Shown: positions 18,197 to 30,586 of the stretch, one piece after another
How the letters are laid out: each line of letters opens with the position of its first letter
Position numbering within the stretch: the first letter of the stretch is position 1
NCBI GenBank assembly: GCA_002104945.1
Contig: MCFH01000018.1
Span: forward strand, 310,001-374,000
DNA length: 64,000 nt
Source: Piromyces finnis finn
Taxonomy: Eukaryota; Fungi; Neocallimastigomycota
Direction: 5' to 3'
Made by a program: the position numbers and the translations under genes
Notes under the pieces: generated by a model
Seen by the model: only the letters and a program-made list of their open reading frames with translations
Database searches by the model: none
Told to the model about the DNA's origin: nothing

Positions 18197-20500
18197 ATGT
18201 TAAAAATCAGCTTTGTATTATATATATTTATTTTTTGTTGTGCAATTGAAATATCATGGACTCGTTACATTTATATATCCGAAGCAAAATATAAGCACAA
18301 AAAAAGATTAGACGCTAATGTAATATTTGAATCATATTCTGATGATAATGATACAAATACAACTGAAAGTTTGGAAGAACTTTATACATCAGAAATGATT
18401 CCAATCAAATTTTGGACAAATGAAGAAAAAGATGAATTACAAGAACAATTAAATGATAATGCCGACATTAGTGAAATTGATGACTCGGTAAATTTTAGCT
18501 TTTACAATCAACTTAGTTCATTAGAGCAAAAATATTATGATAGTATATATAGTAATTCAGTAAAATCACCACCTGATCTAACAATTAAAGTTTCCTTAAC
18601 AATGGATACTAGTAATCCTAAAGCTTTTATTGCAGAATTACAAGAATCTGCTGAAAAGGTTTTTACTGCTGTTGTATATGAAAATCCAGAACTTTGGTGG
18701 CTTGGAACTTATACACTCAAATTATCATATAATAAAACAAAATATATCATAACATTTAATACAGTTCCATCAAATTCAAAGTTTTCAGTTTATACTAAAT
18801 ACGATATTGCTAATTTAAATCAAGAAATTGAACAATCAAAAAAAGTTATTATGGAAGAAATTGCAAAGTTAAATCTAACAACAAACTATGCTATTATCAG
18901 ATATATTCATGATTTTTTGGCTGTCAAAAATGTTTATACATTAAATGAAAATTTATTGCATATAAGAACTATTTATGGGTCACTTGTTGAAAATAAATGT
19001 GTTTGTGAAGGATATGCTGAAGCTTTTCAATACATAGCTCAACAATATGGTATTAATTGTATTATTGGTAGAAGTTCTACACATGAATGGAATTATGTTG
19101 AAATGGATGGTAAATGGTATGCCGTAGATGTAACTTTTGATGACAGAACATCAAAAGGAGTAACACCATTACATAATACATACAATAATATTATAACAGA
19201 ATACTTTTTAATTGGTACTGATCATATAGATTATAAAAAAAAAAAATTTTCAGAAGATAAAGATCATATTTTAGTTTATTCCGGATACAGTAATGAACAT
19301 ATAGTTTCATACCCATATATTGAAGCAGAAGATTACGTTCCTTCTGATATTGAGTTAATGGAAATTGAATTAATAGATTTATCAGAAATTGCATCAATTA
19401 CAAGTAATTACTCTCTATATTATATTGTGTTGATAAATTTTATAATATATTATGATTATTATGGTTTTTTTTAATAATTAATTTAATATTTTTAATACAA
19501 AATTTTTAGCTACAAGAAAAACAACTACTACTACAAAATCAACAACACCGTTAATTGGTATTACTACTACTACTACTGCTAATATTATTACTAATATAGA
19601 ACCAACAACAATTAACACTACTAATAATACTAATATAGAACCAACAACAATTGACACTACTAATAATACTAATATAGAACCAACAACAGTTGACACTACT
19701 AATAACACCAATATAGAACCAACAACAGTTGACACTACTTTTAATACTAATATAGAACCAACAACAGTTGACACTACTAATAATACTAATATAGAACCAA
19801 CAACAATTGACACTACTAATAATACTAATATAGAACCAACAACAGTTGACACTACTAATAACACCAATATAGAACCAACAACAGTTGACACTACTAATAA
19901 CACCAATATAGAACCAACAACAGTTGACACTACTAATAACACCAATATAGAATCAACAACAATTGATACTGCTACTGCTACTTATACAGAAACGATAACA
20001 ACAACATTAGTCGACATTATTACTACTGCTAATACAAATTTAATAGTAACAACAATTGATACTACTACTACAAAACCAACAATAACAACAGTTAAAAATA
20101 CTACTATAAATCCTGTTTCAATGTCTACAAAAATAAGTTCGACAACAAATAAAAGTGAAATAAGTAAAATCACCCCAACACCTATTGCTACAAATAATAA
20201 ATCGACGACCCAAAATGAAGATATTGTCTACCAAGTTACAAGTAATAAATATATTTCATAAATATATTAATATACAATTAAATTAATAATAGCATAATAA
20301 TTAATATATATATATATATTTGTTAATATATAGCATATGAAGATAATATTGAAAACCCAACAATTGAAATTGAGAATCCAAATTATAATAAAAATAATAG
20401 TGGAAAAGATACATCATCAACTAACGCAATATCTATTTCAACAACTATTATATTAAATATAATTATATCTATAATAGTGGCATTTTTTTTCATTGAATAA
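18197..20500 (+). CDS. Secreted transglutaminase-like protein, paralog 4, with Thr-rich mucin-like stalk; exons 18197-19403, 19510-20241, ~20334-20500
   Basis: VCEGYAEAFQY / THEWN / DVTFDD. A phase-1 intron leads to an open Thr-rich exon (TTRKTTTT..., TNIEPTTVDTTNN repeats). A second phase-1 intron leads to ...NPNYNKNNSGKDTSSTNAISISTTIILNIIISIIVAFFFIE*. Confidence 0.8.
19590..19979 (+). repeat. 39-bp coding tandem repeat, about 10 units (TNIEPTT[VI]DTTNN)
   Basis: Units start at 19590, 19629, 19668 ... 19941 with no spacers, in frame with exon 2 of paralog 4. Confidence 0.9.
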
Positions 20501-22015
20501 TTTAACTATTACTATTTGTAATCAATTATATGTATAAAATAAATAAGCTTAATATTTTTAATAACATAAAATACACTGATAAAGTAAATATATATGAACT
20601 TTTTACATTTATTTTACATCATGAAACTTAATAATTATTATATCAATGGCTTAAATATTTAAAAAAAGAATTAAAGGCTACAATAATTATTATTGGCCAA
20701 TATCTCCTTTGCATCATTTTAAAAAAAAAAAAAAAGCCGTAAATTTATTTTATCCTTAAAAGTTAAATTTAATTTAATTAAATTAAAATTAATTTAATAT
20801 ATTTCTTTATATAGGCATTTTATAATTTTCTATATAGAACTTTTTTTTTATTTTTATAATTAAAAATAAGTATTCTAGGGTTGTACTTAATTAAAAAAAA
20901 AAGAAACCAAGTTTTTTCTGTCATTATGATTATGGTTGGGTAAAGCACCTTATTTTTTAAAATAAAATTAGTTTATGCCTTAGTTTTAAAATACTTGAAT
21001 ATTATTATATCTGTTATTTCATCACATTTCTAATAAAATAATTTTTAATAATAGAGATTTTTTTAATTTTAATTACTCTTCAAATTTATTTTTTTTTGTG
21101 TGTGTTTATCTGTTTTATTAGTAATTCTGTGTTGATTTTTTATTTGTTATAACAAAGAAAAGTAAAATAAGGATAATGATAATAGATGACTTTCATTATT
21201 CTCTATCAAAAGTAAAAATTGTTCCAAATAAAAAAATTTTATAAATTTTATTTTATATTCTTTTAATTAACAAAACAATAATTAGTGTTGTATCTATAAT
21301 TAAATTATGTATATAAATTATAATAAGTTTATATTTAATAATATTCAATAGTAGAAAAAGGAAAAAAATAAATAAGATAGCAATTTTAATATAAATAATT
21401 AATAATTATAAATAATAAAAGAATATTTTTTTTTATATTTAGTCTTTATTGTTTAAATTATAATAGAAATTTTAAAAAAAAATAAAAAAAATAAAAATAA
21501 AAAAAATAAAAAAAAATAATAATATACATAATTTTATAATAATTAAAAAGAATATAGTTTTTTTTCTTTTTTTAGAAAAAGGTAATGATAACAATGACAA
21601 AATATTGATGTATATAAATGTTTAAATAAATACATAAATTGGGAAATAATTGATAATTCTTTTTATAATAAATAATAAAATGCTTTCGAGAAATTTCATA
21701 AATATTAAGTAAAGAACAAATGCAATTATATAAATTAAATTATTAGCTTAACAAAAAATAAAGAATAAATAGTTAAATAAATAAGTAATAATATAAAGTA
21801 AAAGAAAAGTGTCTAATGAATTATTTATACAATCATTTTAATTTCACAAATTCCTAATTTAATGAAAATAAAAAATAATCATTAATCAATTTTAAGTTTA
21901 ACAAAAAATTATTATATATAAATATTAAATACATTTTAACTTCATATATTTATAGAATTGACTATCAAAAAAGATATAAAGTCTGAAGGAATAAATAAGA
22001 ATTAAATTAAAATCT

Positions 22016-23966
22016 ATGTTTCAGGTAATATATGACAAAGTATATAAAGAAATAATGATTTAATTAAATTTGATTTTATCCTTTTACTATATAAAATAAG
22101 CTTTCATATATTTATAAATTATAATTTATTAATTTTCAAATTGTAATTCCGTAAAATTACATGCCATATAACAATTATTTAGACATTTTCATCTTACTTT
22201 GCAAAAACAATTCCACCACACGAAGAAAACACTGAAGAAATGATAAAGTGCTTTCCATTTAAATGTGGAGTTAAAGAAAAAGATGCTAATTTAATCTTAA
22301 CTTGCACAGCTCAGGCATTAATTAATGTTAAAAAATTTAAAGAAAAAGGCAACGAACTCTATAATAATGGAAGGTACCAAGAAGCAGCCAATGAATATAC
22401 CAAAGCTATGGCTTCTTTCACATTTAAAAAAACAAACGCTGCTACGGACCCTTCAACTATACAAGATACTGACGCTTCCTTAGATACCCAAGATGCAGTA
22501 AAACTTTACGCTACTTTACTATCAAATAGATCTGTCTCTATGAAAAAAATAGGAAAATTTGAAAATGCTAAAAAAGATGCAGAACAAGTTATAATTATGA
22601 GACCAACTTGGTTTAAAGTAAACATCATAAATTGTAAAAAAAAAAAAAAAGAATTAATATTATAATTCTTATTATAATATAATTATATAAAATAGAAAAT
22701 GCAATAATCATATTAATATGATTATATATTATATATTATATATATAATAAATATAAAAGGGTTACTTTAGAAAAGCTGAGGCTTTGAATGAATTAAGACA
22801 ATTTGAAGAAGCTAAAAACTTCTTCTTAGAAGCATTAAAATTGGTTGGTATTCATAATAATAATAAGTTGATAATGTTTATTAATTTATATATTAAATTC
22901 ATTAAACTCATTATAAAAAACTAATACACAGGAACCCAGTAACGAAACCCGTATTAGAAGATATATTACCTATATTAATAAAGAAATAGAAAATAAAGAA
23001 ATGGGTAATTTTTAAATTATTTTTCATATAATATTTTAATACTGATTTTATCCATAAAATTATAATAATCAACAACTTTTTTCTTTATAAAATTACTTTA
23101 GGTTTAGATATATATCAATTAATTCCTGGTCGGGATATTTGCTTAAGATCTATAAAAACACCAATTCAAAACTTTATATTTCCATTTAGTTATGAAATGC
23201 AAAATTTATTATATATTGTCTCGGACTCAAAAACAAAGAATTGTGTATTAGTAGATCCTGTATGTATTAAAATGCAATATAAATAGTATAAATATATATT
23301 AGTAATAAATTTATATATTTTTGTATTTTAATTAATTAGTGTTGGGATATTGATGGCATTGTTCAATATGCAAAATCAGCAAACTTAAATATTGTTGGAG
23401 CATACTATACTCATTACCATATCGATCATGCAGGAGGTATCCCACCAGCACCATACGATAAGTATTACATTCGTGTTGATGGTTTATTAAAATTGTCAAA
23501 AAAATTCCCAGATATACCAATTTATATTCATGAAGATGATTTTGAAGGCTTACAAGCATCTAACCCTGAAATCCAAAAAGATAGATTAACTTTTGTAAAA
23601 GATGGTCAAGTCTTAGAAATGCCAGGTAGTAATGGTAAAGATTCTAATAACGTAAAATTTAAAATATATCATACACCAGGTCACACTCAAGGATCAATAT
23701 GTATTTTAATCAACGATAAAAGATTATTGACGGGTGATACCTTATTTAATGGAATTTTCGGTCGTTGCGATTTTCCGGATTCGGATAAAAGAAAAATGTT
23801 TGAGTCTTTAAACCGACTCAAACTTTTAGATGAGAATATATTGATATTACCAGGACATAATTATAATGGTGAATGGACTACCATTAAAGAGCAGAAAAAT
23901 CATGGACCTCTATATGAAAGAGATTATGAAACTTGGGCTATGAAATATACTGGTAGTACTGAATAA
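22016..23966 (+). CDS. TPR-repeat + metallo-beta-lactamase-fold hydrolase (glyoxalase II-like) fusion, multi-exon
   Basis: TPR helices (KEKGNELYNNGRYQEAANEYTKA; LLSNRS...DAEQVIIMRPTWFK|GYFRKAEAL) are linked by GT-AG introns to an MBL domain with THYHIDH (HxHxDH), HTPGHT, LTGDTLF and PGHNY. The start exon MFQ at 22016 is tentative. Confidence 0.75.
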
Positions 23967-24971
23967 TTATAATAATCTGGCGCATTTAAAAAAAAAAAAA
24001 AAAGAAAGAAAAAAACTATTAAAAATTAGTTATATAAAATTTAAGTATTTCTTAATAAAAATGAAATATTATGTATGTTTATAAAGTATATATAATTTAT
24101 AGAAGAATTTCATATAAAAATAAAAAATATAATTACTAAGAAATGAATAAAATAGTTTTAAAAGGAATTATATAATATCATTATCTACAAAATGAATATA
24201 TAAAATGAATTTATAAAATTGAATTTGAATTTGTTAAATAAGTATTATAACTTAAATATTTGTTTAAATCCATAATTAATTAATAATAATCAAAGTAAAA
24301 AAAAAAGAAAGAAAGAAAGAAAGAAAAGAAAAGAAAAGAAAAGAAAAGAAAAGAAAAGAAAAGAAAGGAGAAAGAAAAAAATATAAATGAAAATATTTAT
24401 AATAATCTTATATATAATAATAAATTCAACTTCATATAAAATATATAGAAATAAATAATAATTCAAAAAAAAAGTTATATATTTATCAAGCATTTAATTT
24501 AATTATATATTCTAATTAATTTGTAGTTAGTAATTTTTCTTATTTTAAAAAAAGCAATTGTTATATAATTAATATGTTTTTTTTTTTTTTTTTTAATTAC
24601 AATAAGATATTATATTATATAAGTTTTATTAGTTATGTGTCTTTATAATTTAATGTAATTTTTACTAATATTAATTTAATTGTTACTTCTTGACATATAA
24701 TAACAGAAAATAGTTAATATTTAAAGATTCAGAAATTATTGAATAATAAAGTATATAATGGAATAGTTTCATATTAAAATTCTATTTAAGCATATCTAAA
24801 TTACTGACACATAAAATTTAATCACATGGATGATTTAATATTTATAAAAAAGAACCAATAACTAATTAGTATAGCTCCATATCAATATGTATATAAATTA
24901 CAAAATAAATCTTTTCTAAACTTTTTTTTTATTTGGTTTATAGTATTAAATATATCTATACATTTTATAGT

Positions 24972-26712
24972 ATGTCTAAACAACAACAACAAGAAGAATA
25001 TCTTTTATATGAAAGAAAGTTTATTACATTAAATAAGAATGTACCAAATACTATTCCTTCAAATAAGGATGATATTAAAAAAGTTCAAACCATTACATTA
25101 ATGTCTTATAACATTTTAGCACAATGTTTAATTCATAGAGAACTTTATCCATATTGTAAAGAAAAGAAACCTTTAAAACTTTCATATCGTACAAATTTAT
25201 TAATGAAAGAATTCGAATCTATTCAACCAGATATAGCCACTTTCCAAGAAGTTGATGGATTCTACAACTTATATCAAAATTGTTTTGAAAAACTTGGATA
25301 TGACTATAAATATATAAAAAAACAAATTAAAGATAAAGTTTATCAACATGGTGTTTGTATATTATGGAAAAAAGAAAAGTAAGTTAATTATTATATATGT
25401 ATATCTTTTTAGAAAAAAAAAAAAAGAAAAGAAAAGAAAAATGATCTCTAATATATATTGTAAATTGTAAAATTCAATAATACATTAATAAAATTTATAA
25501 TTTAATTAATATTAAAAATTATATGATAATATCATAAAAACAATAATGATAACAATATAATAATTAAAATATTAAAATAATAATAATAATAAATATCCTC
25601 AATATTTATAATAAAGATTTTCAGAAGTTCAATATAATGGATTTTTATTTGATGAATCACCTTTAGTTACACCAACAGATATCACACCATATACTGGTAA
25701 TACAGGACAAATTATTGCATTAAGATTCAATAATACCAATGAAAATGCTGAAGAGAAATTTTCAAATATCGAAAATGAAGAACTAAAAAGACTCGAAATA
25801 GAAAAATACAATATAGAAAACGATTTAGGAATTATAATATCAAATCATCATCTTTATTGGAAACCAAAAGCAAAATATGAAAAATTAAGACAAATTTATG
25901 TAATGTTAAACAATATATATTCTTTGAAAAATGAAATTGAACAAGATAATATAAAATTATACAATGATGTATGTAACAAAATTAAAAACTTTGAAAATAC
26001 TGTCGAAAAGCAATCATTAAATAAATGGCCAGTAATCATGTGTGGTGGTAATTATATACAAATTTTCATTTAAATTAAAAACAATAATTTACAATGAGTA
26101 TATATTACAGTAAATTGAAGTATATTAAAATTGATTTATTATAGTAATTAAAAGATAATATTTTCTTTTTCTTTTTTTTTTTTTTTTTTTTTTTTTTTGA
26201 ATACATATAATATAGATTTCAATACTTCTCCAGATCAAGAAATATATAAGCTTATAACAAAGCAAGAATTAAACAAAGAAGAACTTAAAGAATTGGAACC
26301 AAAAATTGAATCCGAAACCGAAATTAAAGATAACCCATTAACTTCAACAATATTAATAGAAGAAATTAAAAAATTTCCAAAAGGAAAAAGTTCATATTCT
26401 AGCTATAGAGATAATGATCCTAGTCATACTATCAACCCAAATTGGAAAAAAGGGCATGAATTCTTTAAAGGTGAACCAACTTACACAACTTACTGTGGTT
26501 GGAAAGGTACACTTGATTATGAATTCATAATGGATGATAATGATTTTAAATTCAATCAAGAAAACAATGATATTTCATTTAATCCTACATACTTAAAAGT
26601 AACTAAAAATTTAAATGTACCAAAAAGTGACATTCTTGAACCAGGTTTACCTAATTTAAATTTTCCAAGTGATCATATTTGCATTATGAGTGAAATAGAA
26701 TTATATCAATAA
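24972..26712 (+). CDS. CCR4/nocturnin/Angel (Ngl-type) EEP-family nuclease/phosphatase; exons 24972-25378, 25617-26047, 26216-26712
   Basis: MSYNILAQ, DIATFQEVD, a GDFN motif reconstituted across the intron (MCG-D|FN), TLDY and FPSDH are EEP catalytic motifs. No LRR, so Ngl/Angel-like rather than Ccr4. Confidence 0.85.
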
Positions 26713-26937
26713 AACAAATAATTTAAACATATTAAACCAAATAATCAAATTAAATAAAAATAAGAATTAACAAAATTCAAAAAAATAAAAATAAAATAAA
26801 ATTATAAAATTATAAAATAAAATTATAAAATAAAATTATAAAATAAAAAAATGAAGTTTTTATATATATATAAAATATTGAATTTGAGTATTTTGCATAG
26901 TAATAAATATAAAAATTTAAATATTATATAAAATAAT

Positions 26938-27009
26938 TGCCCACTAGCGGGATTGAACCACTGATCTTCGCTTTACGAGAGCGACGCTCTACCACTGAGC
27001 CAAGCGGGC
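26938..27009 (-). tRNA. tRNA-Thr(CGT), intronless
   Basis: Reverse complement GCCCGCT TG GCTC AGTGGTA GAGC G TCGCT CT-CGT-AA AGCGA AGATC AGTGG TTCAATC CCGCT AGTGGGC A folds into a full cloverleaf with A- and B-boxes. Confidence 0.95.
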
Positions 27010-27743
27010 ATTATAATTAATTTCTGATAAATAATAATTATAAATATATTATAAATTTGATATTAGTAGAAAATTTTATTATAAAATAATTATTAAATAA
27101 TTTTATATAGTTTATTATAAAAATATAATTTACATAAAATCAAATATTTTATAAATTTATATATTTGATTGGGTTAAATTATAAAAATAATTTTTAATAT
27201 AAAGAATAATAATATTTTTTAGTAGAAAATAAGACTTAGATTACTAATAATAAGTTAAATTTTAATAATAGTTAATATAATTAATTAGTGAATACATAAT
27301 AATATTTAAAAGACAAAAAATAAGTTTTTATATAATAAAAATTATTGTTAAAAAGAGCGTAAGAACAATAAATAAAAGAAAATATAAAAACGAAATTAAA
27401 CTTGTCTAATTTGTAATTATTGTGTTAATAATAAATAATATTTTATAGAATAAATCTGGTGTTATTATTCTATATAAATATTATTAAAATAATAAAACTA
27501 TTAAAATTATAAAATAACTTAAAATAAATTAATAAAACTAGTAGATATTGTTAAAGCTCGTACAATAGCTGTCGAGATAAAACAATATAAGATAACAGAA
27601 GAAGTAGTTAAAAAGTTGTAATATAACTACCAATCCGTTATCAAGTGGTGGAGAACCTCAGTCGTCCCGTGGGAAAGCCGAAAATTTAAATAATTCCTAT
27701 TAATTAGTATATTTAGTATAATTATCTTATTTATTTACTAAAT

Positions 27744-28598
27744 ATGACTGAAAATAAAAACAATTTTGAAAGAGCCGCTAGTATGGCTAAAGAAATAAGC
27801 CCTCTTGGCAAGAAAGATACTAAGTTCTTCAGATGGAAAATGGAACTTGAAGATATCTTAGAAGACTTAGCTCTTTCTGAAAAAGAAAAGAAGAGAATTG
27901 CTTTGCTTGCTACTACCGGTAACTCAAAGGATCTTTGTAGTGATATTTATTATGAAGATAGATCCCTATCTTATAATGAATTTATCAATAAAATATCTAA
28001 CTTATTTGAGGATGATAAAACCTCTAATAGAAACCTAAATAAGTTAGAAAAAATAAAAGTAAACAAAAGCTCTGTTAGAGAATTTAACCGTTCTTTTAAC
28101 GACCTTTTGAAAGAAATTAAAGAAAGGGACAAGCCTTCTGAAGAAAGACTTGTTTTTCTTTATACAAAAGCTTTTAATAGGAGAACTTCTATATTAAATT
28201 CTCTTATTAACAAACAACCAAAAACTTTAAAGGATGCTATGGTCATTGCTATTAAAGCAGATGAGCTTCTATCTGCTTATGAAAGTGATGATGAATATGT
28301 ACCCAATAAAAGAACTCAAAACAAAAATAATTATTATAAGAGAAAAACAGAAGTTGAAGATAAAACCTCTTATAATAATAACGAAAATAATAGTAGTACT
28401 GATAATGAAAAGACTACTAAAGAAGAAGCTAAAGAATCAGATCTGGATGCTTTGACCAAAAGCTTTGCCCAGATGAAAATTCATATCTGCCACCGTTGTA
28501 ACCAGAAAGGACATGATGCCCGCTTCTGCCCAAACGAAATGACCGATGTGAACAAAATCATAGCTACCCTCCTCAAAACCCAAAACCATTTAAATTAA
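27744..28598 (+). CDS. gag: Element A Gag with CCHC zinc knuckle
   Basis: CHRCNQKGHDARFC near the C-terminus; ends at a TTTAAAT slippery site. Confidence 0.85.
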   Translation: MTENKNNFERAASMAKEISPLGKKDTKFFRWKMELEDILEDLALSEKEKKRIALLATTGNSKDLCSDIYYEDRSLSYNEFINKISNLFEDDKTSNRNLNKLEKIKVNKSSVREFNRSFNDLLKEIKERDKPSEERLVFLYTKAFNRRTSILNSLINKQPKTLKDAMVIAIKADELLSAYESDDEYVPNKRTQNKNNYYKRKTEVEDKTSYNNNENNSSTDNEKTTKEEAKESDLDALTKSFAQMKIHICHRCNQKGHDARFCPNEMTDVNKIIATLLKTQNHLN

Positions 28599-28623
28599 AT
28601 GGGGGAAGTTCTCAATCTTCCCC
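28589..28623 (+). promoter_or_regulatory. Programmed -1 ribosomal frameshift signal, element A
   Basis: Heptamer T TTA AAT, then the gag stop, then stem ggggaag/cttcccc. ORF2 is in the -1 frame. Confidence 0.75.
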
Positions 28624-30586
28624 TTCTAACTCCAAAATTGATAATAACCAAACCCACAACATCAACAACATTAATGAGCAAATCTATGTTGATGATACAC
28701 GTGATTTCCATAAAACAAAAAAATTTCCAAATTCTAAAGAAAAATTCTCTAACCCTTTGGTGGATGATCCAATCAATGAAGATGATAAGGATTACGTTAC
28801 ACGTGATCACGTGACAAATACAGTCGATGATAAGGACATCGAAAACCTTATTTATGCATTCAAGAGAAAAAGTTCTGAAGAAAGTGATGAAAGTGATGAT
28901 GAGGATCACGTGACTCAGTCGAAGAAAAAGAAACTTCGAGAAAATCCATTACCAATACATACAAAGGCCACTCAGATGAAAGAACAGCAAGAAATTCGTA
29001 ATGAGAAAAATTCAAATTTTCATACCACTACTTCCCGCCTAGACATCTTAGACCCCTCGGTAATTGCAGGCAAGAATATTTCCTCTGCTAAGATGAAAAA
29101 TAAAGAAACCAGAAATAAAAGAAGAATTGGTCCAGATATACCAAGTAAACAGGACGAATTAGAAGAAGTTATAGATAGCAAAAAGTCTCCCAAAAGCAAC
29201 TATTATGACTTCCTACGTTCTATTGTCATGTTGGGCAAAAATAAAGAATATAATATTTTTGATGCCCTTAATAATACAAATGCTGGTATCTCTTTTGCAC
29301 AATTGCTTGCAGTCAGTCCTATCATCAGAAGACTTTGTGCCAAAGGTTTAAAGCTTGATCCAAATGATGTTCGGAAAATAAACGCCATTCAAAATATGGA
29401 TCTTAATGATGATGATATTAATTCATTTATTAATATCATTAATGAAAATTATAATAATAAAAATAATGAAAACAATGATGATGCTGATAATGACAATGAT
29501 GATGATATTATCAATATAGCAGATAACGAAATTAATGTCATTAATAAAATCAACATTGCTTCTGTCATTGGCTCAATTGATAATAACATTGTCCGAGTTT
29601 TAGTAGATACTGGTTCTGATGTTAATGTTATTACTAAATCCTTCTTTAATTTAATATCAGCAAATCATAATATTACACATTTTAAGAGAACTTTCTTTAA
29701 ATTAGCTAGCAAACAAGTTATTTCAACAAATCAAGCTGTTAATTTAACTCTTAAATTTGGTGATTTAAAAATCTATGCATTATTCTGGATTCTAGAAGAT
29801 GAAGATTCATGTTATGATATTATATTAGGTCGTCAATCTCAAAAGAATCACCGATTATACATTGATCCTGATGATGACTCTCTTTACATGAAAACTAATT
29901 CATCTCCTATTATGGTTGCTCGTCCCTCAAATTTTAAACAAAATAAAAATAATCTTTCAAATATTTCAATGATTCATTGTTTCAATCCATCAAATATTAA
30001 TGAATCTCAATTTAATTCATTTAATAATAATATCAAAATTCAAAATTTTAATTCGACTTTTAACAATAAAAACAAACTTTTTTATTCAATTAAATTTCGA
30101 CATTTATTCAAATTTAAAAATAAATATTTTTATCCAAAATATCACATTTTTCATTCAAATTTCAGCAAATTTCCAAAAAGAATTAAAAACGATTCACTTA
30201 TTAAATTTTCAATTAATAAGTCAAATCTTGTCGGCCGTGATGAAGCAGAAAAAACGCCAATTATTCACGAAAAATGCCACAAAATCAAGATATATAAAAA
30301 TAAAAGTAAAATTCTAAAATATAATCATTTGAATATTAATATTAACAGGAAATTAAAATCAAGAAAAAAGCGAAATAAACAAAATGATATAATCAAAAAT
30401 TCATCAAATAATTCGTTTAAGAATATATATTTCAGTATAATAAAAAGTGTAAAAGAAAGTATTTCAAATTCAATTATTTTCAATCTAAAAGATTATATCA
30501 AATCAGTAACTTCAATTTTAAAACGACATTATTTCGACATATTAAAATCAAAATTTCATCTATTTTCAAAGTTTAAAGAAAGATAA
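28589..30586 (+). CDS. Element A ORF2 (-1 frame): linker + aspartic protease + ~230-aa Asn/Lys/Phe/Ile-rich extension
   Basis: The frame is open from the slippery site at 28589 through track ORF 28757-30586. Contains VLVDTGSDVNV and CYDIILG. No YxDD, RNase H or DDE motifs. Confidence 0.8.
   Translation, partial: FKLNGGSSQSSPSNSKIDNNQTHNINNINEQIYVDDTRDFHKTKKFPNSKEKFSNPLVDDPINEDDKDYVTRDHVTNTVDDKDIENLIYAFKRKSSEESDESDDEDHVTQSKKKKLRENPLPIHTKATQMKEQQEIRNEKNSNFHTTTSRLDILDPSVIAGKNISSAKMKNKETRNKRRIGPDIPSKQDELEEVIDSKKSPKSNYYDFLRSIVMLGKNKEYNIFDALNNTNAGISFAQLLAVSPIIRRLCAKGLKLDPNDVRKINAIQNMDLNDDDINSFINIINENYNNKNNENNDDADNDNDDDIINIADNEINVINKINIASVIGSIDNNIVRVLVDTGSDVNVITKSFFNLISANHNITHFKRTFFKLASKQVISTNQAVNLTLKFGDLKIYALFWILEDEDSCYDIILGRQSQKNHRLYIDPDDDSLYMKTNSSPIMVARPSNFKQNKNNLSNISMIHCFNPSNINESQFNSFNNNIKIQNFNSTFNNKNKLFYSIKFRHLFKFKNKYFYPKYHIFHSNFSKFPKRIKNDSLIKFSINKSNLVGRDEAEKTPIIHEKCHKIKIYKNKSKILKYNHLNININRKLKSRKKRNKQNDIIKNSSNNSFKNIYFSIIKSVKESISNSIIFNLKDYIKSVTSILKRHYFDILKSKFHLFSKFKER

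Noticed and set aside
19590-19979. Regular 39-bp repeats as a CRISPR array
   Set aside because: There are no unique spacers. The units are contiguous, a multiple of 3 and in frame in a Thr-rich exon, with no cas genes in a eukaryotic context.
19478-20173. Minus-strand Val/Leu-rich ORFs (155 and 63 aa)
   Set aside because: They are the antisense shadow of the Thr-rich exon of paralog 4, which splices in frame on the plus strand.
24290-24493. 67-aa Phe/Leu/Ser ORF
   Set aside because: It is a translation of a (GAAAA)n/(GAAA)n microsatellite.
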